A stretch of 64,000 bases of DNA from Candidatus Bathyarchaeota archaeon (GTDB lineage: Archaea > Thermoproteota > Bathyarchaeia > TCS64): positions 256,001 through 320,000 of the forward strand of contig CAVYVF010000002.1 of assembly GCA_963771885.1 (NCBI GenBank). The letters run 5' to 3'. The notes below the pieces were generated by a model. It was not told the DNA's origin. It worked only from the letters and a program-made list of their open reading frames with translations, and did no database searches. Made by a program: the position numbers and the translations under genes. Shown piece after piece: positions 1 to 9,874 of the stretch. The first letter of the stretch is position 1. Each line of letters opens with the position of its first letter.

Positions 1-172
1 TAGCTATCTTCTTAAGCTGGTCACCCTTCGAGTCGATTCCATCGATGATGGTCCAAGTCTTGCTCCATTTACGGTTCTCTAACCGAATTCTTATCCGCTG
101 CTGCTCCCTGCTCATCTCCTCGCAGACACAAAGGTCCTTCGGGAGGCCGCAGACGGGACAAATCTCCGCCAT
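1..172 (-). CDS. sui1: Translation initiation factor aIF1/SUI1 (3' end outside window)
   Basis: Manual translation MAEICPVCGLPKDLCVCEEMSREQQRIRIRLENRKWSKTWTIIDGID matches the archaeal SUI1 N-terminal Zn motif. Confidence 0.9.
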   Translation of the reverse strand, partial: MAEICPVCGLPKDLCVCEEMSREQQRIRIRLENRKWSKTWTIIDGIDSKGDQLKKIA

Positions 173-532
173 TCTCAAGCATGTCTTAGCGCCCTCCTAC
201 TAAAAGCTTTACTGTTTTGGGGGAAGACGCGAGAAAATTAGCGTGGTAGGCAGCTGGGCTAAGACTTCTAGTCCATCGTTTTTTCCGGGCGTTTTTCTGG
301 GGTATTTTCGGTAGATGGGCGATGAACTAGGTTATTCGCGGGTTCGTCTCTGCTAGAGTTACCTATTTTTATGAATTCCTGCTATTGCGGGTTCGCTCGC
401 GCATATCTATCGCCGGATTCGTCGCGGGTCTCGCATTGACGGCGTTCTTGCCGTTGGGAGAATGGCTGTGGACAATCATTCTCCTAGTGTCGGACTCCGC
501 CTATTCGACAATTTAGCGAGAAAAAAAGGCGC

Positions 533-1138
533 TCAGGTGTAGTTCTGGAGCAGGCTGAACGCCTTCAGGGCGTCCTTCGTATCGAGCACGATGATGGTGT
601 TCGTGAAGCAGCTGATGAACTCAATGATGTTTATGTCGTGACCGCCCATGAGTTGTGTTATAAAGGCGACGAATCCAGGGGTCGTCTCCACGCGGTCAGG
701 GCTTAGGAGGACAAGCGCCACGAGGTTGCTCATGACTTGCACTTGCTTCGGCATTTCCTTTCCCAGCGTCGTCTGGTCGACTATGTAGACGAAACTATCC
801 GTGAGAGATGCGGCGATGAGACAGGGTATGTCAAGCTTTATTGGACTTATTAGAACGGCGATCTTGTCCTGCAGGCGGACCTTCGACTCTTTGAGTATGC
901 TCCTGACCTCCTCCTCCTGTAACCCGCGCTCCTTGGATAGATCCTCGGCGATGCGTATCACCGCCGCCTTTACCGCTTCGGTGCTACCTTCCCCAATCTC
1001 TTTTTGTAACATCCTGGCGAGAGCGCTATAGTTGACTATCCCCATTTTGAGGGCGTCGAGGAGGCTCGGCCTCATCTGGATCGCCTCGCGGACCCGCCGC
1101 GCCACTGACTTCGTCCCATTATCGTTATTGTTTGCCAT
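533..1138 (-). CDS. Archaeal ACT-domain protein with N-terminal helical domain
   Basis: GIVNYSALAR N-terminus; C-terminal TPGFVAFITQLMGGHDINIIEFISCFTNTIIVL ACT pattern. Confidence 0.75.
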   Translation of the reverse strand: MANNNDNGTKSVARRVREAIQMRPSLLDALKMGIVNYSALARMLQKEIGEGSTEAVKAAVIRIAEDLSKERGLQEEEVRSILKESKVRLQDKIAVLISPIKLDIPCLIAASLTDSFVYIVDQTTLGKEMPKQVQVMSNLVALVLLSPDRVETTPGFVAFITQLMGGHDINIIEFISCFTNTIIVLDTKDALKAFSLLQNYT

Positions 1139-1241
1139 AAACGAAACACCTTTGCACTATACTATAAAGATGCGCCCCGTTTTCCCGCACTCCACAGAAG
1201 CGTTTCATTACGGATATCAGTTGCGATTCCCCTTATCTCCC

Positions 1242-1604
1242 ATGGAACCCGGTGGCAGGGCGGCGAGGTTCGAGCGCGAACGCGCCACGATCGAGAACAT
1301 GATCGCTATATACTGCACCGAAAAACACGCGGGACAAGGGCTCTGCGCCGAATGCCGAAAGCTTCTCGAATACTCCACGGCTCGACTCAACAGCTGCCCC
1401 TATGACGAGGGCAAGCCGACATGCAATAGGTGCATAATCCACTGCTACGACTCAGCCCACCGCGAGCAAATCAAGGCAGTGATGAAATACGCCGGATCCA
1501 GAATGCTGCTGTACCACCCAGTACAAGCCCTCCGACACCTCGCTGACGAATTAAACACGCCAAAGAACAGGCTTCAAAACACAGCCAACAAACACAACTC
1601 TTGA
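1242..1604 (+). CDS. YgbA-like (nitrous oxide-stimulated promoter family) Cys-rich protein
   Basis: RERATIENMIAIYC..LCAEC..CPY..KPTC..C..HCY..VMKYAGSRMLLYHP; start moved to ATG 1242. Confidence 0.85.
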   Translation: MEPGGRAARFERERATIENMIAIYCTEKHAGQGLCAECRKLLEYSTARLNSCPYDEGKPTCNRCIIHCYDSAHREQIKAVMKYAGSRMLLYHPVQALRHLADELNTPKNRLQNTANKHNS

Positions 1605-1875
1605 AAAAGGGAGGAGCTGGGTACCTCTAAAAAATAATTACGACTCTGTTACCAAAATAGACGAGAAAACAGCCCTTTCCCAATATAAAAATGACCAAAA
1701 ACGCCCATTAACTGACTTAAAAATACTCGAAAAGTGCATCCAAAATGCTGTTTTTCCGACCAGGTAATGACCTGAACGGCCCGAACGAGGCGCATCGAAT
1801 AATGCGGTCTTTTTACGCACCAACGCGCCTTATATTACACCTGAGACAATTCAACCTTTAACCAGAGGACACACG

Positions 1876-2205
1876 ATGTCGAAGGAAGAGTCACTCGTCG
1901 AGATACTCGAAGCCGCCCTGCCCCTCCCTCCAAAGGTCGTCCTCGGCTACAAGAACCTCGAACCAGTATTCACGAGCGGCGACCTCGCACGCGTCTGCGA
2001 CATAAGCAGGAGCAGTGCCAAGTTCTACGTAAATAAGATGGTCGAGCTCCGCCTCGTCGCTAAAGTCCCCCATAAGCGAATGTACCAGAAGTACCCAAAC
2101 GCGACCACCTTCAGCGCCTGGCTCCGCGACCTTATGAAGCTCGCCCTCGAGCCCCTTGAGAGCGGGCAGCTGCCTCTCCCCGAGGAGAAGGAAGAAGAGG
2201 ATTAG
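1876..2205 (+). CDS. Winged-helix DNA-binding protein, unknown function
   Basis: FTSGDLARVCDISRSSAKFYVNKMVELRLV HTH pattern; acidic tail. Confidence 0.6.
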   Translation: MSKEESLVEILEAALPLPPKVVLGYKNLEPVFTSGDLARVCDISRSSAKFYVNKMVELRLVAKVPHKRMYQKYPNATTFSAWLRDLMKLALEPLESGQLPLPEEKEEED

Positions 2206-2207
2206 CC

Positions 2208-2663
2208 GTGTCCCTCCGTGACATCGCCAACCCCAAGAAGAGGCGTGAGAGATTCACGCGGACGCTGACGGGCAAGCAGGTGCGCGCGATGAAGAAGCGG
2301 GGCTACGATGCAGAGCGCGAACTCGTGGCGATGATGCGCGAGGTTGGCTTCGACGCGGTCAGGATCCCCGTCAGCGCGCCTAGCACCGAGCCCCTCCCAG
2401 ACGTGTTCGCCGTCAAGGACAAAACCGTCGTCGCCTTCGAGGTAAAGAGCCAACTGAGGTACAGTTACTACAAGGCAGACCAGATCGCCAAGCTCAACGG
2501 CTTCCTCGACATGCACAAGCTTTACCCCCGACGCTACGCTGTGATCGCGGGGAAGTTCAAGTACAAGGGCTGGTGCTTCAATATCGCCGAGCGCCCCGGC
2601 GACTACACGCTCAAGACCGGCGAGGGGCTCACGTTCAAGGAGCTTATCGCCAAGATGACCTAA
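2208..2663 (+). CDS. hjc: Holliday junction resolvase Hjc/Hje-like PD-(D/E)xK nuclease
   Basis: GYDAERELV..GFDAVRIPVS..PDVFA..FEVKS motifs. Confidence 0.8.
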   Translation: MSLRDIANPKKRRERFTRTLTGKQVRAMKKRGYDAERELVAMMREVGFDAVRIPVSAPSTEPLPDVFAVKDKTVVAFEVKSQLRYSYYKADQIAKLNGFLDMHKLYPRRYAVIAGKFKYKGWCFNIAERPGDYTLKTGEGLTFKELIAKMT

Positions 2664-2706
2664 CTCTCCATCTTTTTGTTTATATAGCCTGATTCCAGAT
2701 TCACAT

Positions 2707-5118
2707 ATGATTAAAGGGGAACACGGAATGATCCCAGAGCTAACACACGACAAGGCGAGGAATAAGTTCAAGATAAGCGCACTGGACTGCGCAACGACGG
2801 AAGAGCTTGAGCCACTCCACCAGATCATCGGGCAGGACAGGGCTGTGAAGGCTCTCCAGTTCGGCTTGAAGATGAAGGACGGTGGCTTCAACATCTACGT
2901 CTCCGGCCAATCCGGCACGGGAAGGAAGACCACAATCGTCAACTTCCTGCAGGAGAAGGCAAAAGAGATGCCTATCCCACCCGACTGGTGCTACGTCAAC
3001 AACTTCAAGGACCCCAACCAGCCGAACGTCCTCAAGCTCCCCGCAGGGAAGGGAAAAAGCTTCCACAACGAAATGGAAAAGTTCACCGAGGAGGTGAAGA
3101 AGGAGCTACAGAAGGCGTTCGAGAGCGAAGACTACGCCCAGAAGCGGACGAGCAACGTGAAAAAGTTCGACGAGGATAAGGCGAAGCTCTGGCAGGAGAT
3201 TAACCAGAAGGCTAACGAGGCTGGCTTCGTCCTCCAGAGGAGCCCGGTCGGGATCGCAATCATCCCCGTCATAAACGGGCAGCCCATCGCCGACGAGCAG
3301 TTCACCGCCTTACCCCCCAAGATCAGGGAGCAGATAAGGACCCGACGCGAGACTCTTCAGGACGACTTCAGGAGCGCCTTCCGCCAGTTCCGCGACCTCG
3401 ACAAGAACGCGGAGGAAGCCATCGAGAAGTTCAACAAGGAGGTCGCGACCTACGCGATGGACCACCTCCTCGAGGTTCTTCTTGAAAAATATGGCGACAT
3501 CGACGAGGTCAAGGAGTTCCTCGGCAGCGTCAAGGATGACATACTCAATAACCTGACCACGATACTGACGGCGGGTCAACCCCAACAACAGCAGCTCCCC
3601 TTCCTCATGCCGAGCGTTTCAGCCGATCCCACGAACGCCTACAAGGTCAACCTTCTCGTTGACAACTCCGAACTCAAGGGCGCTCCAGTCATAACGGAGA
3701 TGAGCCCGACTCAGCCCCACCTCTTCGGCATCGTCCAGAAGGAGGCACGTTTCGGTGCATTACTCACAGACTACACAATGATACGCGCTGGCTCAGCACA
3801 CAAGGCGAACGGCGGCTTCCTCGTCATTCCAGTCGAGGACCTGCTCATGGACGCGATAGCCTGGGATAGCCTCAAGAAGACCATCACGAGCAGGAAACTC
3901 ACTGTCGAGGACATCGCGCAGCGCCTCGGCTACGTCGCAACGAAGACCCTGACGCCGGAGCCGGTGCCGTTCGACGCTAAGGTGATCCTTATCGGCAGTC
4001 CAGATATCTATTACCTGCTCTACCAGTACGATCGCGACTTCAGGGAGATATTCAAGGTAAAGGCCGACTTCGACACCTCTATGGAGCGGAACGAGAAGAA
4101 CGTCAAGATGTACACCTCTTTCATGTGCACTTTATGCACTAAGGAGAAGATCAAACACCTCGACGCCTCGGGGATGGCCGCAGTTATAGAGTACAGCTCA
4201 CGCCTCGCAAACGACCAGGAGAAGCTCTCGACCTGGTTCGCCCAGGTGGCGGACATCATCAAGGAGGCATCCTACTACGCTGGGGAGGACGGCTCGGAGT
4301 ATATTTCCGGGAAGCATGTCGAGAGGGCGTTAGAAGAGAAGGTCTACAGGAGCAACCTGATCGAGCAGAAGATGGAGAAGATGATAGAGGAGGGGACAAT
4401 CCTCGTCGACACCGACGGTGAGAAGGTCGGCCAGATCAACGGGCTCAGCGTCCTCGCCCTCGGAGACTTCGCTTTCGGCAAGCCGAGCAGAATAACCGTC
4501 AGCGTCGGCGTCGGCAAGAAGGGCATCATCGACATAGAGCGTGAGGCGCAGATGGGTGGCCCAATACACACGAAGGGGGTCCAGATACTGAGCGGGTTCT
4601 TAAACGAACGCTACGCGAAGGACGTCCCACTGAGCCTCACGGCGCGCCTAGTCTTCGAGCAGAGCTACAGCGGTGTCGAAGGCGACTCTGCTTCGAGCAC
4701 GGAGCTCTACGCGCTTCTTAGCGCCCTGAGCGGCAAGCCAATACGCCAGCACTTCGCCGTCACGGGCTCGGTCAATCAGATGGGAGAGGTCCAGGCAATC
4801 GGTGGAGTAAACGAGAAGCTCGAGGGCTTTTACCAGCTCTGCAAGGCGAGGGGGCTCGACGGTCAACACGGTGCTGTGATACCCGCGAGTAACGTCAAGC
4901 ACCTCATGCTCAAGCAGGAGATCGTCGACGCGATAAGGGATGGCAAGTTCCATATCTACCCCGTCTCGACGATCGACGAAGGCATCGAGGTTCTGACTGG
5001 TGTCCCCGCCGGTAAGCTGGGGAAGAGTGGCAAGTACCCAGAAGGGACTATCAATCGCCTAGTCCAGGACCGTCTCGCCGAACTAGCCGAGAAGGTAAAG
5101 GGCTACCACGAGGACTAG
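2707..5118 (+). CDS. LonC-type Lon-like protease (degenerate AAA module + Lon protease domain)
   Basis: IIGQDRA, GQSGTGRKT, HKANGGFL, EGDSAS and IGGVNEK Ser-Lys dyad; no transmembrane insertion. Confidence 0.85.
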   Translation: MIKGEHGMIPELTHDKARNKFKISALDCATTEELEPLHQIIGQDRAVKALQFGLKMKDGGFNIYVSGQSGTGRKTTIVNFLQEKAKEMPIPPDWCYVNNFKDPNQPNVLKLPAGKGKSFHNEMEKFTEEVKKELQKAFESEDYAQKRTSNVKKFDEDKAKLWQEINQKANEAGFVLQRSPVGIAIIPVINGQPIADEQFTALPPKIREQIRTRRETLQDDFRSAFRQFRDLDKNAEEAIEKFNKEVATYAMDHLLEVLLEKYGDIDEVKEFLGSVKDDILNNLTTILTAGQPQQQQLPFLMPSVSADPTNAYKVNLLVDNSELKGAPVITEMSPTQPHLFGIVQKEARFGALLTDYTMIRAGSAHKANGGFLVIPVEDLLMDAIAWDSLKKTITSRKLTVEDIAQRLGYVATKTLTPEPVPFDAKVILIGSPDIYYLLYQYDRDFREIFKVKADFDTSMERNEKNVKMYTSFMCTLCTKEKIKHLDASGMAAVIEYSSRLANDQEKLSTWFAQVADIIKEASYYAGEDGSEYISGKHVERALEEKVYRSNLIEQKMEKMIEEGTILVDTDGEKVGQINGLSVLALGDFAFGKPSRITVSVGVGKKGIIDIEREAQMGGPIHTKGVQILSGFLNERYAKDVPLSLTARLVFEQSYSGVEGDSASSTELYALLSALSGKPIRQHFAVTGSVNQMGEVQAIGGVNEKLEGFYQLCKARGLDGQHGAVIPASNVKHLMLKQEIVDAIRDGKFHIYPVSTIDEGIEVLTGVPAGKLGKSGKYPEGTINRLVQDRLAELAEKVKGYHED

Positions 5119-5174
5119 AAATCCATCACATTCTTTTTCTTCCACGTCCTCGTTCTTTCTTGAGGCACGTCTAG

Positions 5175-6095
5175 ATGGAGAAGGTCTGGGACGTCATCAT
5201 TGTGGGAGCCGGACCCGCGGGTTTGACCGCGGGCATCTACACGGCGCGCCACGGGCACAGCACCCTATTACTCCACAGTGGAAAGATCGGCGGAAGGGCA
5301 CTCGAGGCGCATAGGGTGGAAAACTACCCCGGCTTCCCACAGGGTCTCACCGGTCCGGAGCTAATGAAGCTGTTCGAGGAACAGGCGATGAGGTTCGGCG
5401 CCGAGATACGACTTGAAACCGTCATCGGGCTCTCTGACGCCGGCGACTACAAGATAGTGTCGACGCGTAGTGGCTACCATCAGGGCAAGACTGTCGTCCT
5501 CGCCACCGGGATACAGCGGAAGCAGCTCTCCGTCCCCGGGGAGATGGAGTTCAAGGGCAGAGGCGTCAGCTACTGTGCCATCTGCGATGGCCCATTCTTC
5601 AGAAACAAGGTCGTTGCAGTCGTCGGCGGGGGACACGAAGCCATCATCGATACCCTCCACCTTACCGAGACCGCCTCCAAGGTTTACGCAATACCTGGCA
5701 AGAAGGGGTACAGCGACAACTACCCGGAGCTCGCCGCTCTCAGGGGCAACTCTAAGGTCGAGGTCATCGAGGGCAAGGACATCACCGAGATAATCGGGGG
5801 CGAATTCGTGACAAGCGCCAAACTCACCGGTAGTGACGCCGACAGCATCAAAGTCGATGGCGTTTTCATCCTACTCGAGCACGTTCCAACCTCCAACATA
5901 CTAGTCGAGGCTGGGATTGACGCAGACGAGGGCGGATGCGTCATAGTTGACAAGAGCCAGCAGACCAACATCCCCGGTGTCTTTGCGGCGGGCGACTGCA
6001 GTTGCACAGGCTGGCAGGTGGTAACCGCCGCCGGCGACGGTGCGAAAGCCGCGCTAACTGCGATGAAGTACCTCAATCGGAGGCCTACACCATGA
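5175..6095 (+). CDS. trxB: Thioredoxin reductase
   Basis: GAGPAG, GVSYCAICDG, GVFAAGD. Confidence 0.9.
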   Translation: MEKVWDVIIVGAGPAGLTAGIYTARHGHSTLLLHSGKIGGRALEAHRVENYPGFPQGLTGPELMKLFEEQAMRFGAEIRLETVIGLSDAGDYKIVSTRSGYHQGKTVVLATGIQRKQLSVPGEMEFKGRGVSYCAICDGPFFRNKVVAVVGGGHEAIIDTLHLTETASKVYAIPGKKGYSDNYPELAALRGNSKVEVIEGKDITEIIGGEFVTSAKLTGSDADSIKVDGVFILLEHVPTSNILVEAGIDADEGGCVIVDKSQQTNIPGVFAAGDCSCTGWQVVTAAGDGAKAALTAMKYLNRRPTP

Positions 6096-6352
6096 TCAAG
6101 ATCGAATACTTCCACAACCCGGTCTGCCCATACTGCCCCGCCGCTGAGACCCTCATAAAAAAGGTCATGGAGGGACTGAAGGACATCGAGTTAGTCTACG
6201 TCGACACTTGGACTGAGCAGGGAATAGCACGTGGGATGGCCCTGAACCTCATGGCTGTCCCAGCCATAGCAATAAACGGCGTAGTAAAGCTGACCGGCTG
6301 GCCGTTCGAAGTCGCAGATCTTATAACATACATCAACGAGGCACGCGTTTAG
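6092..6352 (+). CDS. Thioredoxin/glutaredoxin-like protein
   Basis: CPYC, AVPAIAING; ATG overlaps trxB stop (ATGA). Confidence 0.85.
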   Translation: MIKIEYFHNPVCPYCPAAETLIKKVMEGLKDIELVYVDTWTEQGIARGMALNLMAVPAIAINGVVKLTGWPFEVADLITYINEARV

Positions 6353-6412
6353 CCTACGATCGGCACATTTTTACACACATCGTCGATGGAACCTAGTTAG
6401 GGGTAGACTCCA

Positions 6413-7669
6413 TTGCGTTACTCGATCGCTGGTATCAAAGCCCGGGAGATCCTGGACAGTAGAGGTAATCCGACAATCGAAGTCGATATAACAACTGAGG
6501 GCGGCGTAACCGGTTCGGCTGCCGTCCCTAGCGGCGCATCGACGGGCATCTACGAGGCGGTCGAGATACGCGACGGTGGCAAGAGGTACGGCGGAAAAGG
6601 CGTACAGAAGGCCGTCGAGGCGGCAACTAAGACGATCCAGCCCAAGCTCAAGGGTGTCGACGTAAGGCGCCAGAAAGAGATCGACTACGCAATGATCACC
6701 CTCGACGGAACTGAGAACAAGTCAATCCTCGGCGGAAACACGATGCTCGGCGTCAGCCTTGCATGTGCCCGCACCGCGGCGGCGTCCGAAAGCCTCAGGC
6801 TCTACGAGTACATCGACAGGAACGCGACGCTGCTCCCCGTACCATTCTTCAACGTTATCAACGGCGGCAAGCACGCCGGGAATCAACTAGACTTTCAAGA
6901 GTTCATGATCGCCCCGACTGGCGCCACGAGCTTCCGCGAGGCGCTCAGGATGGGTGCCGAAGTCTACCAGACGCTCAAGGGGCAGCTACTCAAGACCTAT
7001 GGGAAGAACTCGATAAACGTCGGAGATGAGGGAGGCTTCGCGCCACCAATCAAGACCCCCGAGGAGGCGCTGGACGTGCTTTGGAAGGCGATAAAGGAGG
7101 CTGGATACGACGGGAAAGTGATGATTGGCCTCGACGTAGCCTCCAGCACATTCTACAAGGACGGATACTACACTGTCTCGGGGAAGCGATACAGCTGCAA
7201 CGAACTCATCGAGTTATACAAAGGGCTAGTGAAGGCCTATCCCGTTGTCAGCATCGAGGATCCCCTCGAGGAGGAGGACTTCGAAGGCTTTGCTGAGATC
7301 ACTAAGGCGATCTCGCGCCAGATCGTGGGTGATGACCTCTTCGTCACTAATCCGAAGAAGCTGGCTAAGGGCATCGAGATGGGCGCATGCAACGCTCTGC
7401 TCTGGAAGGTAAACCAGATCGGTACACTCACCGAGGCACTCGAAGCCGCGACGCTGGCGAAAAAGAACGGCTACGGAGTCATGGCTTCACACCGGAGCGG
7501 AGATACTGAGGATCCCTGGGTCGCGGATCTCTCCGTCGGAATCGAAAGCGGGCAGATAAAGAGCGGTGCCCCAGCGCGCGGCGAGAGGACGGCGAAGTAC
7601 AACCAACTTCTAAGGATCGAGGAGTGGCTCGGCTCGAAGGCAAAGTACCCTCGGAATCTCTTCAAGTAG
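6413..7669 (+). CDS. eno: Enolase
   Basis: REILDSRGNPT, VPSGASTG, GDEGGF, SHRSGDTED, RTAKYNQLLRIEE. Confidence 0.97.
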   Translation: MRYSIAGIKAREILDSRGNPTIEVDITTEGGVTGSAAVPSGASTGIYEAVEIRDGGKRYGGKGVQKAVEAATKTIQPKLKGVDVRRQKEIDYAMITLDGTENKSILGGNTMLGVSLACARTAAASESLRLYEYIDRNATLLPVPFFNVINGGKHAGNQLDFQEFMIAPTGATSFREALRMGAEVYQTLKGQLLKTYGKNSINVGDEGGFAPPIKTPEEALDVLWKAIKEAGYDGKVMIGLDVASSTFYKDGYYTVSGKRYSCNELIELYKGLVKAYPVVSIEDPLEEEDFEGFAEITKAISRQIVGDDLFVTNPKKLAKGIEMGACNALLWKVNQIGTLTEALEAATLAKKNGYGVMASHRSGDTEDPWVADLSVGIESGQIKSGAPARGERTAKYNQLLRIEEWLGSKAKYPRNLFK

Positions 7670-7881
7670 ATTGTCGATTTCGCACTTTCTCGGGCCACAC
7701 TCTGCTGGTCAGCAGTTTCGAGTCCTCTGTAGGTTTCTGCTATACGCTTAGACTCACCGCCTGTTTAGGAAATGTATTGAACCCTAATGGATTCAATTCC
7801 CGTGGGCTCTACCAAATCATGTGAGAGATAAGGCTAGCCGGCGCTGGGTATATAATCCTAGCCTGACAATGCTGTTGTGGC

Positions 7882-8709
7882 TTGAGATCGCTTCCCCCGA
7901 TGTTGACACCTGATGTGGCGTGTCGGATACTCAGTGGGGATACCGAGGTTTCACTAGATCTCGGGCTCAGTATCTCAACCGTTTCATGCAATGGCGATCA
8001 CTACAAAATTATGGGTCATCACGTCTCCCGCATTGATCTGGGGGATGTTGCTGAGAGAGAGAACGCCGTCTTCTTCCCCGAGGGAGATTCACTATTCCAA
8101 GTCGCCATTGCTGATGGTGGATTTTTCAAGCTTGTGCCGACTGGCGGGGCGCCGACGCTCGAGATTGACGGTGTGCGTATGCATAGGACGAAGGATACTA
8201 CCCCCGATGCTGATACAAGGGAGAAGCTAAATATCCTCGGCTTAAGCGGTGGGAAGGTTCTCGACACCTGCATGGGGCTCGGCTACACAGCCATAGGTGC
8301 CGTCGATAGGGGGGCTGAGGTTGTTATCTCCATAGAGCGACAGCCCCCGGTAATCAGGGTCACACAGATGAACCCCTGGTCGAGGCGACTATTCGAAGGC
8401 GATGTATCTCTCATCCTCGGAGACAGCTTCTACGCTATCAACTCCCTCCCAATCGGGTTCTTCGATTGGGTTATCCACGATCCCCCGAGGCTAACCCATG
8501 CGGGTAGCCTTTACAGCGAGGAGTTTTACACAAAACTCTTCAAAGTGATGGTTTCGGGGGGCAGGCTATTCCACTACACCGGGGAGCCGAGGTCACGGTA
8601 CAGGGGCGTCGACCTTCAGAATGGCGTGCAGAGACGTCTGAGGGCGGCGGGGTTCAAGGAGACGGAATACCACCCTGTTGTCATGGGAGTGACCTGTGAG
8701 AAGCCCTAG
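7882..8709 (+). CDS. SAM-dependent methyltransferase (COG2521-like)
   Basis: PTLEIDGVRMH, VLDTCMGLGYTA, IHDPPR, LFHYTG. Confidence 0.8.
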   Translation: MRSLPPMLTPDVACRILSGDTEVSLDLGLSISTVSCNGDHYKIMGHHVSRIDLGDVAERENAVFFPEGDSLFQVAIADGGFFKLVPTGGAPTLEIDGVRMHRTKDTTPDADTREKLNILGLSGGKVLDTCMGLGYTAIGAVDRGAEVVISIERQPPVIRVTQMNPWSRRLFEGDVSLILGDSFYAINSLPIGFFDWVIHDPPRLTHAGSLYSEEFYTKLFKVMVSGGRLFHYTGEPRSRYRGVDLQNGVQRRLRAAGFKETEYHPVVMGVTCEKP

Positions 8710-9728
8710 GCTTCGCCGAGGACGCGGAATAGTTCGTCTTGCCTGACTGGTTCTATAGTCTTCTGTGAACCGTCGGAGCGGGTGATCATCCTGCCTTCAC
8801 TCCGTTCCCTAACCTCGCCTATTACGGAACTCTGCACGTTGATGCTCTGAAGGGCTTCGAGAACCTTCTCCGCCTTCGCCTCATCGACCGCAAGTAACAA
8901 CGCGCCTGAGCTGAGCAGCTTGAGGGGGTCGACTTCCAGTGTCTCTGCGATGATCGCCGTCTCGGGGGCAATTGGTATTAGGCTCTCCTCGACGGCTAAG
9001 CCGACGCCAGCAGCGTGTGCCATCTCGAAGAGGCCGTTGAGGATACCACCCTCGGTGGGTGTGTGCATGGAGTGGACGCCGCCCACCTCGACCGCCTTGA
9101 GGGCCTCCGGGACGACGCTCACGACCTCGACCATCTTCCTCGCCCTCTGCAGTGTCCTCATGTCGATCTTCTTGCCAAGTTTCGATTCTAGGTCGGAGGC
9201 GAGGATGCTCGTCCCCTCGAGGCCGACGGTTTTCGTTAGTATGATCTTATCCCCCGGCTTCGCCCCGCTGGTCGTAACGTACCTATTCTTCGGTGCCTCC
9301 CCCATCATGAAGCCCGCAACTATCGGTTTGTCCAGCCCTGCGACGCACTCTGTATGGCCGCCTACGAGCTGGATTCCGAGTTCCTTACATGCGCGGTCCA
9401 TTTCGTCCATTATTATCTCAAGGCGCGACTCCGTCGCCCCTTCTGGGAGCAGGACCGTACTCATGAACCACAGCGGCTTTGCACCTCGGGCGGCGACGTC
9501 GTTAGCGTTGATGTGGACGACGAGTTTCCCTATGTTCACGTCGGCGCCGGTGATCGGATTCGCCTTGGCGACGAGGACCTTGCTCCCCATGTCGATTATG
9601 GACGCATCCTCGCCTATGGCGGCACCCCTTATGACCCTGTCAGAGTGAATGCCAAGGCGGGGGAGCACGCATCTCCTGAGTATGTCATGAGATACCTTAC
9701 CCGTCCTCAACACTCTGTTCGGAGCCAT
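8706..9728 (-). CDS. AIR synthase/HypE-like family protein
   Basis: GEDAS, INANDVA, LVGGHT, SMHTPTEGG. Confidence 0.85.
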   Translation of the reverse strand: MAPNRVLRTGKVSHDILRRCVLPRLGIHSDRVIRGAAIGEDASIIDMGSKVLVAKANPITGADVNIGKLVVHINANDVAARGAKPLWFMSTVLLPEGATESRLEIIMDEMDRACKELGIQLVGGHTECVAGLDKPIVAGFMMGEAPKNRYVTTSGAKPGDKIILTKTVGLEGTSILASDLESKLGKKIDMRTLQRARKMVEVVSVVPEALKAVEVGGVHSMHTPTEGGILNGLFEMAHAAGVGLAVEESLIPIAPETAIIAETLEVDPLKLLSSGALLLAVDEAKAEKVLEALQSINVQSSVIGEVRERSEGRMITRSDGSQKTIEPVRQDELFRVLGEA

Positions 9729-9809
9729 CTCTAGGTCGCCTTTCTATTGTTGGGTGGCTGTTTAAAGGTTTCAAGGAGGGATCACTTTCACTCACCTCTC
9801 CACAGTTGA

Positions 9810-9820
9810 TCCACTGGAAC
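9810..9820 (-). promoter_or_regulatory. ORB-like Orc1/Cdc6 binding box
   Basis: Minus strand GTTCCAGTGGA equals the conserved ORB core, about 55 bp upstream of cdc6. Confidence 0.6.
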
Positions 9821-9874
9821 TTACGTAAAGCATAAATCTGCAACCGGGGAGAGGCGAGACAGGGGACACCATCC

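Noticed and set aside
1638..1823. 61-aa minus-strand ORF
   Set aside because: Phe-rich product of the A-tract region; no coding signal
8920..9648. Long antisense ORFs (also 2202-2894, 14277-15017, 28101-28976, 31312-31962) and alternate-frame 20174-21196
   Set aside because: Shadows of well-supported genes, expected with GC-rich codon bias; no motifs
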